Translations under genes and position numbers: made by a program
Shown: positions 49,201 through 58,360 of the stretch, one piece after another
Numbering within the stretch: the first letter of the stretch is position 1
Layout: every line of letters starts with the position of its first letter
Assembly (NCBI GenBank): GCA_965235115.1
Contig: OZ249436.1
Span: 37,760,001 to 37,824,000 of the forward strand
DNA: 64,000 bases
Direction of reading: 5' to 3'
Source: Laetmonice hystrix
Taxonomy: Eukaryota
The notes under the pieces: generated by a model
What the model saw: only the letters and a program-made list of their open reading frames with translations
The model's database searches: none
Told to the model about the DNA's origin: nothing

Positions 49201-52200
49201 CTTGAACAAAGGCCACCAAGCTGATCTGAACAAAGGCCACCAAGACATGCGAACTAAAGGTCACTTTGTCTGGTACAAACGGAATTCTGACGCCGATTCA
49301 GAACAAAGTCAACAAAAAGACACAAAATGCTAGCACAATCGAATAACTGACATTACGGCTCCTTAACCTCGACGATTCAATGGTCAGATCCAAACACAGA
49401 ATAGACTCCCAAAGGAGTTAAACGGTGCTGATCTTTCATTGTGTTTATGCAGGTCGTACCTTTCCAACTGAAGCAAAGAGGAGACCATCATTGGAGAACT
49501 TGAGCTGGTGGACGGGGGTGGCAGGGCGACACTGCCATATACACTGCCACTCCAGTAACTGCTCCTGGTGGTCATCGATGAAAAACTCCACCCCAGAGTC
49601 GGGCCCTGGAGGCTCCGGGCACGCCCACATCTGGATCACATCTCCTCCAGTGATCAGCCGAGACCCTGGAGGAATTATCAAATTACTCAATAAGAAAACA
49701 TAATATCGTCAGAAAAAGATCATATTGAAGGCCTGAATATTATGTGCAATGTAAAGGAGTATTCGACTGAATAACGCCCCACGATTAAATAAATTAACCA
49801 TTTGGACATCATTCATTTTACGTCAATCAGGCTGTCATTTCGGCAAGAGCCAAGTCTGGAAGTAATGAGTGGGCCACATTAGGCCTGTACAATACGTCAG
49901 CGAGAGGTGTGGACCAATTCATGCCTATTCAATCTGTCAGCGAGAGGTGTGGGCCACCTCAGGCCTGTACAATCTGTCATTGAGAGTGGTGGGGCCAATT
50001 TAGGCCTATATAATCAGTCAGCTAGAGTTGTGGGCCGATTCAGACCTGTACAATCTGTGAGTGTGAGGTGGAGGTGTGGGCCACTACAGGCCTGTACAAA
50101 TCTTATGAGGTGGTGGTGTGGATCACTCAGGCCTGTACAATCTGTCAGTATGAGGTGGTGGTGTGGACCACTTCAGGCCTGTACAATCTGTCAGTATGAG
50201 GTGGCGGTGTGGGCCACTCAGGCCTGTACAATCTGTCGGTATGAGGTGGTGGTGTGGGCCACTCAGGCCTGTACAATCTGTCAGTATGAGGTGGCGGTGT
50301 GGGCCACTCAGGCCTGTACAAATCTGTCAGTATGAGGTGGCGGTGTGGGCCACTCAGGCCTGTACAATCTGTCAGTATGAGGTGGCGGTGTGGGCCACTC
50401 AGGCCTGTACAATCTGTCAGTATGAGGTGGCGGTGTGGGCCACTCAGGCCTGTACAATCTGTCAGTATGAGGTGGCGGTGTGGGCCACTCAGGCCTGTAC
50501 AATCTGTCAGTATGAGGTGGCGGTGTGGGCCACTCAGGCCTGTACAATCTGTCAGTATGAGGTGGCGGTGTGGGCCACTCAGGCCTGAACAATCTGTCAG
50601 TATGAGGTGGCGGTGTGGGCCACTCAGGCCTGTACAATCTGTCAGTATGAGGTGGCGGTGTGGGCCACTCAGGCCTGTACAATCTGTCAGTATGAGGTGG
50701 CGGTGTGGGCCACTCAGGCCTGTACAATCTGTCAGTATGAGGTGGTGGTGTGGGCCACTCAGGCCTGTACAATCTGTCAGTATGAGGTGGCGGTGTGGGC
50801 CACTCAGGCCTGTACAATCTGTCAGTATGAGGTGGTGGTGTGGGCCACTCAGGCCTGTACAATCTGCCAGTATGAGGTGGCGTTGTGGACCACTTCAGGC
50901 CTGTACAATCTGTCAGTATGAGGTGGCGGTGTGGGCTACTCAGGCCTGTACAATCTGTCAGTATGAGGTGGCGGTGTAGGCCACTCAGGCCTGTACAATC
51001 TGTCAGTATGAGGTGGCGGTGTGGGCCACTCAGGCCTGTACAATCTGTCAGTATGAGGTGGCGGTGTGGGCCACTCAGGCCTGTACAATCTGTCGGTATG
51101 AGGTGGTGGTGTGGGCCACTCAGGCCTGTACAATCTGTCAGTATGAGGTGGCGGTGTGGGCCACTCAGGCCTGTACAAATCTGTCAGTATGAGGTGGCGG
51201 TGTGGGCCACTCAGGCCTGTACAATCTGTCAGTATGAGGTGGCGGTGTGGGCCACTCAGGCCTGTACAATCTGTCAGTATGAGGTGGCGGTGTGGGCCAC
51301 TCAGGCCTGTACAATCTGTCAGTATGAGGTGGCGTTGTGGACCACTCAGGCCTGTACAATCTGTCAGTATGAGGTGCTGGTGTGGGCCACTCAGGCCTGT
51401 ACAATCTGTCAGTATGAGGTGGCGGTGTGGGCCTCTCAGGCCTGTACAATCTGTCAGTATGAGGTGGCGGTGTGGGCCACTCAGGCCTGTACAATCTGTC
51501 AGTATGAGGTGGTGGTGTGGGCCACTCAGGCCTGTACAATCTGTCAGTATGAGGTGGCGGTGTGGGCCACTCAGGCCTGTACAATCTGTCAGTATGAGGT
51601 GGTGGTTGGACGGGCGAGCTGTCACAGCTGGTCCGACATGACTTATGGGATCATCACCAGTCTCCCACGGTCACTGACTAGCAAATGCGCCCCCTCCCGC
51701 CTCCCCTGCCGGCGCCCAATAACCGGCTTTTGAAACCTACAAATGGCTTTCTATATCATTGATCCAGCCATCAAACACACACTAAGGCCACACTAAGGTT
51801 CCTTCAGCTGAAGATATTAATTTTCGTTTAACCCTTTACTTCAGCGACAGAACGTGGAAAAATACTGGCCTGCTTAAAATTGAACTCATATATTCGCTGT
51901 GGTCTCTTCATATGGGAAAGTGACACTTCATATGGCGCCGCAATTTACAGCTTAAATGAACCATGATTCGGTGAACCATCACTTACACCCTTCCCATCCC
52001 TCTCCTTTTCCCCATAAAATGCACCGACAATATTACACCATCTTACCCAATTTCAGAGTGGCCAATCAATACTGCCCTCTTATTAGAAAAAAACCCTTTC
52101 CGTCCCATCTAGGGAATGTGCTGCTGTACACGTCCTACTCAATTCAGAGTTTGAAGGGAGTTGTACTTAGGACTTTATTGGAGTGTGAACTGAGACGTGG

Positions 52201-55200
52201 GCTGTTACGGAGAGGGATGTGTGTGATTAGTCCAACATGCCAATGACAATTAGCGACATGCAAGACCGCTACAGCAAAACAGGACCAGAGATTCACTTAA
52301 AACGGTCAGTGGCAAATGACTGCCTCATTTTTCACGCTACTTGGAATAATTTAGTCAAGCAATGCACCGACTTATTATACTACCGCCCCCCCCCCCCTCC
52401 CGGTTGAGGCTGTCAGCACAGCTCCCAAATCTAACCCTCATCCCCAGGCGTCGCTAATACCGAGTTCTATGATACCCCGGGAGTTAGAATATTACAGGGT
52501 TCATCAGATCCTTCAACATGAAAAATAATGTTTCATGACGGGTTCGTTAAAAGTGACACTGTGAATGAAAGCCGACTGTTGCTAGCGGCGATTCACTATT
52601 TATGAAAAGAACACATCTTTATGAAGGGGCAAAAATACCCATCCCCTTAAAAACGACCCCAGTAATGAAAACAGGACCTTTATTCTAAACTACCTCAGAT
52701 TATCTATATCCCCAGTCTATTCGGGGTGCAGAGACGTTAAAAAAAAGTCTCTCTGCTCAATGAAGATCACTGATTTATGAGCCGTACCCACAGCACGCCC
52801 ACACGTCCTGTAAAAAGACACATGAAAACAGGTTTGTGGCCCTCCTCTCGAGAGCCGGGGAATTCCATCATTTCTAAATCATTCATCCCTTCCCAATGAG
52901 GGCCATTATTTCTGCATCACTGCCGCGTTCTCCTCACATGGGTAACCCGACAGGTGATTATTTATAAAAGAGAGCTGACAGAATCCTCATAGCTTTACGC
53001 CATTCTGCCTATCCTTTGTACATATAGCTGCAGGTATCGGCAGACATCTGTTACAGGTTCAGACCATTCAAACTCAGCGCCTGCAGAAATTTTTTTTTCC
53101 AAATAACTTTCACCATTCTTATTGCAAGCTCAACTTTGTTCTTGTTCATTTATATATTTACATATTCATAGTATATTCATTTATTCAGTCAATCATAAAT
53201 TCATTCTTTCATTTAGAATTATTTTTAAATTTATTTTTTACTCTTTTTATTGATATATTTCTTATCATTTATTTTATTCCAATAATTTCCTTTGACAAAT
53301 GGGCTTCTGACTTACCATCCTGGTTCCATGATATCGCTGCGACTAGAGCATCCGTTGCCAATGTCCCAGTGTGGTACCATTGGTAGTCCAACCTCTGAAA
53401 AACAAAAGCGCTCTTCTTTAGCCCTGGCCATGGCACCGAAAACAGTTCTTTCCAGAGAAGCTCCAAACTGATGACCTATGAAATAATTCTTTATGGTTTA
53501 TTAAAAGATTTGTTAACAGGTTCAAATACGAATATCCATTCAAAAATCTGGATGTTTCAAGTAAAACGTTTCAAACCTTTTGCCTTAAAAATTGATTTTA
53601 GCTCTTAAAACTTTTATTCGAATATCATCAAAATACGTCATGAATAAAGGCCATTCAAATGTCATGATTACGTAATTTCATATTCCAGAGCAGTCAAAAT
53701 TTCATATTAGTGACCTTCTCCTTCTAATAAATTAAAAATCAACTTTATATTTCACAGACAATTTTCAACATCATCTTTCAACATGCTAAAAAGATTCTGA
53801 AGCACACTGGAAGGAGAAAATACTATGTATCACAATAAATTCAACTATTTCTTTATTATCAAACAAACCTGTAACTGAACTGCATATATAGTTTTTCCTT
53901 ACTCTATCCTAAAACGTTCAGCATTAAATTGCTGAAGAAAGCTGTGTACCCACATATACGAAGCCTAAATACACTAAAAATCACATCTTTGAGTGTGGTG
54001 TTAAACTTGAACAATTTCATAATTCTAGCATTGTTAGTCGTAGTTTTGAACATGCTACATTAACATGCCTTTCGACGCAGGAGACTTAATGAAAGGCGGC
54101 ACACAACAGAGGGTAGAGTTCAAAATCAATCTTAGCATGTAAAACGGACACCGGTCATCTATACTTTATTTTCAGCAGTAATACAGTCAGCACGACACGG
54201 ATTTGTGTATCCTTCCACCGTTTCCACTGTTTAATTCAGTTCCATCTCAAGCTGAACTTTCCATACCACACCGAGATTAACAACTTGCACTTTAATGTAA
54301 GGGACATGCTCTATAGTTAGCATTGAGTACGGTAAAACAAAAACCAGGGAAGACTAACTGATGTTTTCCTTCAGATCTCAATCATATGAAAACGATGTCA
54401 GAGACGTTAGCATCTACATATAGTATGTATTCAGAACGAAATTACAGAAGGGACATAGATATTAATGATCTATAATGATACATGTAGCTTTCGGACAACA
54501 GCCATTTATTAAAATGTTTTTAACAAAATAGGGTTTGGGATTATACAAACACATCTGACACTCAAAAAATCCTTCAATCAATGGGTAAATCAAATATATT
54601 ACATATCATGGTAAAGTCAAGGCAGAATGAATGGCAAAAATATTAAGTAGTACAAAATTGAGGTAGACATCTAAGTCTGAAGAAAAATAATCAGACTTTT
54701 ACTGGTCAGCAGCAACTTATTTTAGCTCATTACAAATCTCATCACAAAGACAAGGAAAAACACACGCAGACTTATAAGAGTTATAAGGTTTGAGAAATTG
54801 TTTAGATAGAGTTGACAGATTAGGGTGACAGTTTGAAGCAAAGTGCGTTTAAAATGACACTTGATGGTAAACACTGCAGGCGGAGTTCCAAGTTTCATAC
54901 CTGCTGGTTCCAAACAGTACGTTGGTGCTGGCGACCACTCTACACAGGGATGTGCCCAGGATGACAAACAAAATGAGCTCTCACTGGTGGCAATCAACAT
55001 GCTGGCATCTGACATCACATGTGGTATCATCTGACATTATGGTACTATCTGACATCCCATGTGGTACCATCTGACATCACATGTGGTACCATCTGACATC
55101 ACATGTGGTACCATCTGACATCACATGTGGTACCATCTGACATCACATGTGGTATCTCTGACATGACATGTGGTACCATCTGACATGACATGTGGTACCA

Positions 55201-57286
55201 TCTGACATTACATGTGGTACCATCTGACATGACATTGTGGTACTATCCGACATCACATATGGTACCATCTGACATCACATGTGGTATCATCCGACATCAC
55301 ATGTGGTACCGTCGGACATCACATGTGGTACCGTCGGACATCACATGTGGTACCATATAACATCACATGTGGTACCATGTATAACATCACATGTGGTACC
55401 ATATAACATCACATGTGGTACCATATAACATCACATGTGGTACCATGATATCACATGCGGTTCCGTCTAAAATCACATGTGGTACCATCTGACATCACAA
55501 GTTTTACCATCTGACATCATAAGTTGTACCATCTGACATCACTTGTGGTCTATGACCATCTAGCATGATGATGATGTACCTTAACCATAGAATCAGATGT
55601 GGTACCATCTGTGATCATAATATGCAGTATGACGATCATGTGACATCAAATAGAGTACCACCAAATATCACATGCTCTACCATCTGACATCAGTACCAAA
55701 GATGGCGAGGGCAGGGAAAGCTTAGGATATCTCAACTGCTACATCACTATAACAAGGGCATCCGAGTGCGACATGTGCAGAGGGATGAAGCTTTTAACGT
55801 GAGCACGCCGTTCTGGTCACCTAGTGTGCAGGGGTGCTATCTATCAGCATGGCAACAACTGCTGCGACGTCCAACCATTCCGTGAACCATTCCTAGGTTG
55901 AGTCTGCGTGTACTCTAACATGGCTGTGTACTGGTTAAATTTACCACTGGCTGGGCGGGATGAATAGCCAGGGTAAGTTCGATTTCTGACCGTCAATGTC
56001 CACCTAAGTCATTCCAGTATCCACCAATCCCCGTCCCAAACAAGACCGTTCGGCTGTATCAAACTGTCCCATAACACAGCCCCCTCAGCATCTCAGTCCA
56101 CTAGGACTGACAACACTAAATACCAAGGACTCGGCGTAAAGCCTGTGTTTGACTTTAAGATGTTTTCACTGGTTCTAACCTTGCTTTCTTCAATCACATA
56201 TCACAAGAACAAAGTTAGAAAATCTCAAGGGTTCACTGAGGAAGGTCACAAATTGTTTTATACCTCTTGGCCTGAAAGAGTAACCTGAACTGTAGACTTA
56301 GTATTATTTTAGAACAACAAGATACCCTCCAACGATATGTCACTGACTGTTTCATCTCTAAATGTTTGGCCAAGGGTTTCACTGATAAATGTCTAAACTT
56401 GTCATTAACGGAAGCTCAGTGCGAAATAACTTTATTTTAGTACACTCAGTCCACGTCACCTCCGACCTCATTTGCGTTTTGAGGCTGAGGTCTGGTACAG
56501 AAGACAACCATGTTTTTACTGCGAATAACGTCATGGTTGTCATAGTAACAAAAATTAAAGGCTATAAAAGTGTAAAGTGAAGTAGGTGGAAAGTTACCAA
56601 GGATTGTAAGTGAAGTTTTGGACTCAAGTGTTTCAATGTTTCTAATCTAAGTCAATCAGAGCTTACACAGTTTCCTTAATCTTTACATTAACGGTGGTTT
56701 CACGGTGATAAAACCTTTTTGTGGTGTAAAACAAATGTAAAAATAGCGCAAATTTCCACTTTTTTCTCATTGTTTTTTACTTCCTGATTTAATAAGTTGT
56801 CTCTTATACAAATGGGCTGCCTTAATTACACGACTTTTACAGTTTATTGGATGTGCTTCATCAAACAAGATGATCCTTTTCAAGGTAAGCCAGGATATTT
56901 CTCTGTTTAAACGATATTCATCTACGCAGCCGAAATACGGCATCGATAAGATGCCCGTCAGGCGAGTGCAATGTCACAAAAAATAACGTTTCGACAATAA
57001 CATCAATCTCAACTAAATGCACACAAATTAATTTTTTGTGCTGACTCCCAAACATCATTCGAAAAACCTCATTGCTTAATCAAAATCAGAGAGGACGGGA
57101 GACCGCCAGGCGACGTTCGAGTGTTGTTTGAGTTCTGTGACGGAAAGATGCAGCTCTCAAAGCCTTTTAGTTTAGGTGCACGCCTGTACTACTACAAATA
57201 TGTACTATACTTACATGAGTGCTGTCGTGGTGCAGGAGTGGGGTCGGCTCAAATATGCACACCTTCCTACCGTAGGACGCAGCGAT
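10212..57286 (-). CDS. DMXL: DmX-like protein / Rabconnectin-3 alpha (DMXL1/DMXL2 co-orthologue; WD40 + Rav1p_C V-ATPase assembly scaffold); 44 coding exons in window, 5'-partial
   Basis: Spliced translation carries motifs I recognise from DMXL1/2 (IAASYG.VCIFEP, HPRAVTGFSWRKTSKYMPR, FVVHWLNNKE, GHRFR...CHPVLPLLLTTSHHN, LDWVSTEDGSHILTVGVG, LPQYHP.QL.ELL..GK.RRVKAIL.HL, WRRAALKNAF.LLG.QRF, LATGFEVDGGQLRFQLY.WLE.EV, FSCGADG.MK). All introns are GT-AG with matching phases; the summed exon length of 9720 nt is divisible by 3. No database search was run. Confidence 0.97.
10490..10978. mobile_element. Foldback-like MITE made of many direct and inverted copies of tatgaaatattgcag, in the last DMXL intron
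   Basis: TIR ccggtgtgccatgaaatattg / caatatttcatagtacaccgg; candidate 4-bp TSD CCCT. Confidence 0.8.
11218..11715. repeat. 51-bp minisatellite, ~10 copies (ctctgattggctggtcctctgctggtcagctttaaccagcctgcttgggaa)
   Basis: 51-bp periodicity visible directly. Confidence 0.95.
11742..11894 (-). CDS. DMXL: DMXL exon: VWGLSTPGLLHSFPGEH...FSCGADGSMK
   Basis: acag| ... |gtaag, 153 nt. Confidence 0.94.
12341..12558 (-). CDS. DMXL: DMXL exon: FSCHSEGASSVQYAPQHQ...FVTGSADGDIK
   Basis: gtag| ... |gtaac, 218 nt. Confidence 0.95.
12817..12961 (-). CDS. DMXL: DMXL exon: NLKCHNKTMADFTF...NIALWDTLLPQKSALVH
   Basis: atag| ... |gtatg, 145 nt. Confidence 0.94.
13182..13259 (-). CDS. DMXL: DMXL exon: FGVSDAEGSLCLWQVGLGVNMNRPYL
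   Basis: ttcag| ... |gtaagt, 78 nt. Confidence 0.94.
13675..13805 (-). CDS. DMXL: DMXL exon: LTGSTDGSVGLWEW...FNAQGNK (C-terminal WD40)
   Basis: ttcag| ... |gtcag, 131 nt. Confidence 0.95.
14169..14229 (-). CDS. DMXL: DMXL exon: LTKRSVTGVRRMGAHPHLPY
   Basis: tgcag| ... |gtaag, 61 nt. Confidence 0.92.
15462..15545 (-). CDS. DMXL: DMXL probable cassette exon: IKGLNIPGISNPHFSYYIVDRSRRLLRL
   Basis: ctcag| ... |gtgagt, 84 nt, phase 0/0, stop-free; can be skipped without a frameshift. Confidence 0.75.
17531..17708 (-). CDS. DMXL: DMXL exon: PSPLRLEADDFLLV...GQTGRGGGV
   Basis: tgcag| ... |gtctgt, 178 nt, ends in phase 0. Confidence 0.88.
17781..18186. mobile_element. MITE with TAC..GTA termini, 6-bp TSD and inverted 21-bp internal arrays (IS3EU-like)
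   Basis: Perfect 25-bp TIR tacgaagctgtattagggccatggc / gccatggccctaatacagcttcgta; ATATTC on both sides; gtacgacttagtaacccgtac repeats in opposite orientation in the two halves. Confidence 0.9.
18263..18633. mobile_element. Degenerate MITE with candidate 8-bp TSD
   Basis: Imperfect TIR ggtaagactaaaccacaaaaccgac / gtcggtttcatggttcagtcttacc; flanks gtagttct / gtggttct. Confidence 0.6.
18756..18880 (-). CDS. DMXL: DMXL exon: ANLNCISVATQKEVVEMDV...EYDIETIR
   Basis: gcag| ... |gttga, 125 nt. Confidence 0.92.
19911..20687 (+). mobile_element. Helentron-associated (HINE/DINE-like) non-autonomous element
   Basis: Starts AACAAG in A-rich context; (GACG)n microsatellite near the 3' end, then a short cccc/gggg hairpin and taaaaaa; second copy at 4205-4690. 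Confidence 0.65.
22763..22873 (-). CDS. DMXL: DMXL exon: LDAYRSDG...KILHKDHDIITTFCVNQ
   Basis: ccag| ... |gtaat, 111 nt. Confidence 0.92.
23175..23292 (-). CDS. DMXL: DMXL exon: SNHYTALPAKRLWNYLV...FIRYIFKKRRPQAQ
   Basis: ttcag| ... |gtaac, 118 nt. Confidence 0.94.
23535..23733 (-). CDS. DMXL: DMXL exon: ELPVCSPLL...LRYKTMKEATNTPF
   Basis: gcag| ... |gtaagt, 199 nt. Confidence 0.94.
24004..24134 (-). CDS. DMXL: DMXL exon: NEAAMNEHVDPTSYSWCLMRYA...GIELP
   Basis: ctag| ... |gtagg, 131 nt. Confidence 0.93.
24416..24519 (-). CDS. DMXL: DMXL exon: PFIDPSEFGVDFDSAESAPSSEDEEEEDELIGAR
   Basis: acag| ... |gtaagt, 104 nt. Confidence 0.92.
24799..24962 (-). CDS. DMXL: DMXL exon (shortest form): RSMKAKDEMSKQRMKLHMK...YKEKFVPPEVSMISYFMTK
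   Basis: ttgcag|GC (phase 1) ... |gtgag, 164 nt; 12 further in-frame acceptor copies upstream make the 5' boundary uncertain. Confidence 0.88.
24939..25759 (-). repeat. 13 x 63-bp tandem array of an intron/exon junction (~39 nt intron + ~24 nt exon)
   Basis: Exact 63-bp spacing from 24961 to 25717; translates as repeats of SMKA(K/R)(D/N)ETLGQTARLCVIV(A/G)G in the DMXL frame. Confidence 0.97.
26064..26312 (-). CDS. DMXL: DMXL exon: VSSLRALLAREKDED...LFGGGVKKLVK...DSQA
   Basis: gtag| ... |gtgagt, 249 nt, ends in phase 1. Confidence 0.93.
26494..26606 (-). CDS. DMXL: DMXL exon: TSVVYKDSYLMAG...LPGKWP
   Basis: acag| ... |gtatg, 113 nt. Confidence 0.92.
26878..27077 (-). CDS. DMXL: DMXL exon: DILHTVVEF...LSACIYQCLCDSD...RMVEA
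   Basis: ttcag| ... |gtaagt, 200 nt. Confidence 0.94.
27392..27599 (-). CDS. DMXL: DMXL exon: VLHGACGGGLASVRMELILLLQE...HLQSVTQ
   Basis: ttcag| ... |gtac, 208 nt. Confidence 0.95.
27720..27909 (-). CDS. DMXL: DMXL exon: DETLEDF...WLRAHQQLLRSLLSY
   Basis: ccag| ... |gtaag, 190 nt. Confidence 0.93.
28196..29411 (-). CDS. DMXL: DMXL large exon: VCLNKIEDLQLAMVIARLYE...LATGFEVDGGQLRFQLY...PLNE
   Basis: gtag| ... |gtaat, 1216 nt. Confidence 0.96.
29785..29950 (-). CDS. DMXL: DMXL exon: SVNDAKMVGFF...WRRAALKNAFALLGRQRF...DAIE
   Basis: ttag| ... |gtgac, 166 nt. Confidence 0.96.
30134..30351 (-). CDS. DMXL: DMXL exon: ELLSVIP...ELRQFGVGWWVRN...DPLDAALFYLAMKKKTLLWGLFR
   Basis: gtag| ... |gtaac, 218 nt; not in the ORF track. 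Confidence 0.95.
30765..30961 (-). CDS. DMXL: DMXL exon: DREQGG...VDDCGLRYTLA...WAFHSEAEE
   Basis: Two in-frame acceptors (start 30961 or 30955); donor |gtggg. Confidence 0.9.
31242..32909 (-). CDS. DMXL: DMXL large exon: GSEWTLEDTI...LDWVSTEDGSHILTVGVG...LPQYHPKQL...LALADTVA (entering Rav1p_C region)
   Basis: ccag| ... |gtatg, 1668 nt; overlaps ORF 31114..32874. Confidence 0.96.
33198..33338 (-). CDS. DMXL: DMXL exon: KLITVSCAYSGRVAIAY...IYECEST
   Basis: ccag| ... |gtgag, 141 nt. Confidence 0.95.
35705..35950. mobile_element. hAT-like MITE with 5-bp TSD
   Basis: 14-bp TIR caggggtgtcggaa / ttccgacacccctg; CTAGG on both sides; internal ctatcaatag repeats and poly-C/G runs. Confidence 0.88.
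36260..36521 (-). CDS. DMXL: DMXL exon: VCTQVLELP...AGHLSSSSIYPACFAPY...SSIFVP
   Basis: acag| ... |gtaag, 262 nt. Confidence 0.95.
36710..36876 (-). CDS. DMXL: DMXL exon: GEPGPVRYH...LTISSSK
   Basis: tcag| ... |gtaac, 167 nt, phase-compatible. Confidence 0.88.
37668..37890 (-). CDS. DMXL: DMXL exon: DWQHIELIHVFQEQL...LHMWRIVIASH
   Basis: acag| ... |gtaag, 223 nt. Confidence 0.93.
38216..38380 (-). CDS. DMXL: DMXL exon: MMDMSRS...IVSLQSTARPGCIIELDTITDAKQ
   Basis: acag| ... |gtggg, 165 nt. Confidence 0.93.
38499..38634 (-). CDS. DMXL: DMXL exon: STLGSFSNSPSALFVASDG...KKRQD
   Basis: ttcag| ... |gtaagt, 136 nt. Confidence 0.94.
38810..39069 (-). CDS. DMXL: DMXL exon: LDNNLI...SELILWRVDPVGPLSKSGG...WLPTLLP
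   Basis: gcag| ... |gtac, 260 nt. Confidence 0.94.
39336..39647 (-). CDS. DMXL: DMXL exon: ESESKSF...SKHSNGSLNQW...CHPVLPLLLTTSHHNVPQ
   Basis: ccag| ... |gtgag, 312 nt. Confidence 0.95.
39853..40021 (-). CDS. DMXL: DMXL exon: LVDWLDEASPGAFRQAQVSFSSRIP...DIKAALK
   Basis: acag| ... |gtgag, 169 nt. Confidence 0.94.
40361..40473 (-). CDS. DMXL: DMXL exon: ATPTDVLDHRIEKLLRDWHQSADMLFSIHPIDGSFLVW
   Basis: gcag| ... |gtaagt, 113 nt. Confidence 0.94.
40612..40763 (-). CDS. DMXL: DMXL exon (Ser/Thr-rich linker): GGKKGRRQFLRKSHS...IAETAK
   Basis: Phase-compatible bridge between flanking exons; acceptor ambiguous (aag/aag, start 40763 or 40760); donor |gtaat. Confidence 0.8.
40973..41230 (-). CDS. 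DMXL: DMXL exon: DIPLLPAM...FVVHWLNNKELHF...AGSES
   Basis: gcag| ... |gtgag, 258 nt. Confidence 0.93.
41537..41712 (-). CDS. DMXL: DMXL exon: NTLNKRKRH...FHFHLAASINPDT
   Basis: ccag| ... |gtaagt, 176 nt; frame differs from the ORF-track ORF here. Confidence 0.92.
42111..42296 (-). CDS. DMXL: DMXL exon: GAVANMLITSCRDNICRLWVET...RFMQRLHHIR
   Basis: gcag| ... |gtaa, 186 nt. Confidence 0.94.
45370..45581. mobile_element. PIF/Harbinger-type MITE
   Basis: TIR agcgggttatacacgct / agcgtgtatcacccgct; TAA and TTA flanks. Confidence 0.75.
46285..46812. mobile_element. Kolobok-like MITE
   Basis: TTAA flanks; TIR aggtaatatgtcac / gtgacatatttcct. Confidence 0.82.
48261..48433 (-). CDS. DMXL: DMXL exon: ADRLVKIWY...HPRAVTGFSWRKTSKYMPR
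   Basis: tttcag| ... |gtggg, 173 nt. Confidence 0.95.
49460..49665 (-). CDS. DMXL: DMXL exon: SRLITGGDVIQMW...LKFSNDGLLFASVGK (N-terminal WD40)
   Basis: ccag| ... |gtacg, 206 nt. Confidence 0.93.
49870..51603. repeat. 45-bp minisatellite, roughly 38 copies (caggcctgtacaatctgtcagtatgaggtggcggtgtgggccact), degenerate at the left end
   Basis: Periodicity visible directly; explains all repetitive ORFs at 49907-51733. Confidence 0.97.
53316..53394 (-). CDS. DMXL: DMXL exon: RLDYQWYHTGTLATDALVAAISWNQDG
   Basis: tttcag| ... |gtaagt, 79 nt. Confidence 0.9.
55005..55690. repeat. 22-bp minisatellite (catctgacatcacatgtggtac), about 25 clear copies then decaying
   Basis: Periodicity visible directly. 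Confidence 0.95.
57215..57286 (-). CDS. DMXL: DMXL exon (most 5' exon found): IAASYGRKVCIFEPTPLLHHDSTH
   Basis: tttcag| ... |gtaagt, 72 nt, phase 0/0; not in the ORF track. Confidence 0.92.
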
Positions 57287-58360
57287 CTGAAACAATAATT
57301 GACAATCAAGCAGGTGATTTTTCCAAACTCTTCATGACATTGGCAATTGTAAAGTCAGAGTGTAGACCTAATTTAAATGGAAAGATTGAATTTAAATCAC
57401 TTTTACTGATACGTAATTGGTCCCAGTCTCAAGAATGTCTCCAGAAGTTATCACAGAAATATGTTCCTGTCGCACAAATGTGAGACTTGTAGAGTACGCA
57501 CACTTCTGGCCGGTGATGCAATATAACATACAAAACAAACCTGTATGTATAATAAATTCCATGAAATAAAATGCTGATCCGAAACACCACACTAAATACC
57601 CAGTGGAAATGAATTCCTGACGACCCAATCCAACGGCTAGGTCACTCACTGCTGGGGAGCTCAGAAATCCATTCAACATCAAATTAACACTTGAGCCGAT
57701 AAATATCGGTGCTCTTCACGGCGGCGAGGTCGGCCGTCCACACTTGTTGGGAAAGGGTTAATTATTCCGGCCAAGCGCCCTGATAACACCTCCACCCTGG
57801 CCCCAGGTCACCCCTCATCGACCCTTTACACAAGTTTGGCTCTTCGTTTTCACTGGCCCTGGGCCAAAGGTCCTCCCTTCTCCGCCCGCCCTGGCCCCCC
57901 GCCAAGCTTGGGCCACACATCAGCAACCTATCGGGGGACAAACCTTGGGAGGGCTTCAGACTCGCTCCCGCTCGATGTGGCACAGTGCCATGGATATCGC
58001 GCAGTCTTTGACAATAAAAACAAGGGTGAAAATTTGTGGACACTTAGAGCAGTCTGTCTGTGTAAAGGAAAACATCCATACGAGATATACGAAAAAAATC
58101 TATTAGACCTCTATAATGATCTGGCAGTGTCTGCCAGAAATACAACACGCATTAGGTCACTTTCCTTTTTGTCACTACGCCACGACGCATTTGAATTATC
58201 CTCCGAGCAATGAATAAAACGGTTGCCATTTTTAATCGAGACATTACACGGTCCGAAATAAAAGGTTCAGAATCAACGTCCGTCATTTGCCCCTGTGCGC
58301 CCCCTGTTGGGGATATTGTTATCACCTGATCCAGACTGAATCGGACCAATCGATGATGGA

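Noticed and set aside
49907..51733. Long repetitive ORFs on both strands (MRWRCGPLRPVQSVS, YRPEWPTPPPHTDRL, etc.)
   Set aside because: Translations of a 45-bp satellite; 1-nt indels switch frames, and the flanking DMXL exons splice across it in phase.
53490..53548. Minus-strand IFEWIFVFEPV resembling the DMXL CIFEP motif
   Set aside because: Runs into TAA with no donor site; the real exon is at 57215-57286.
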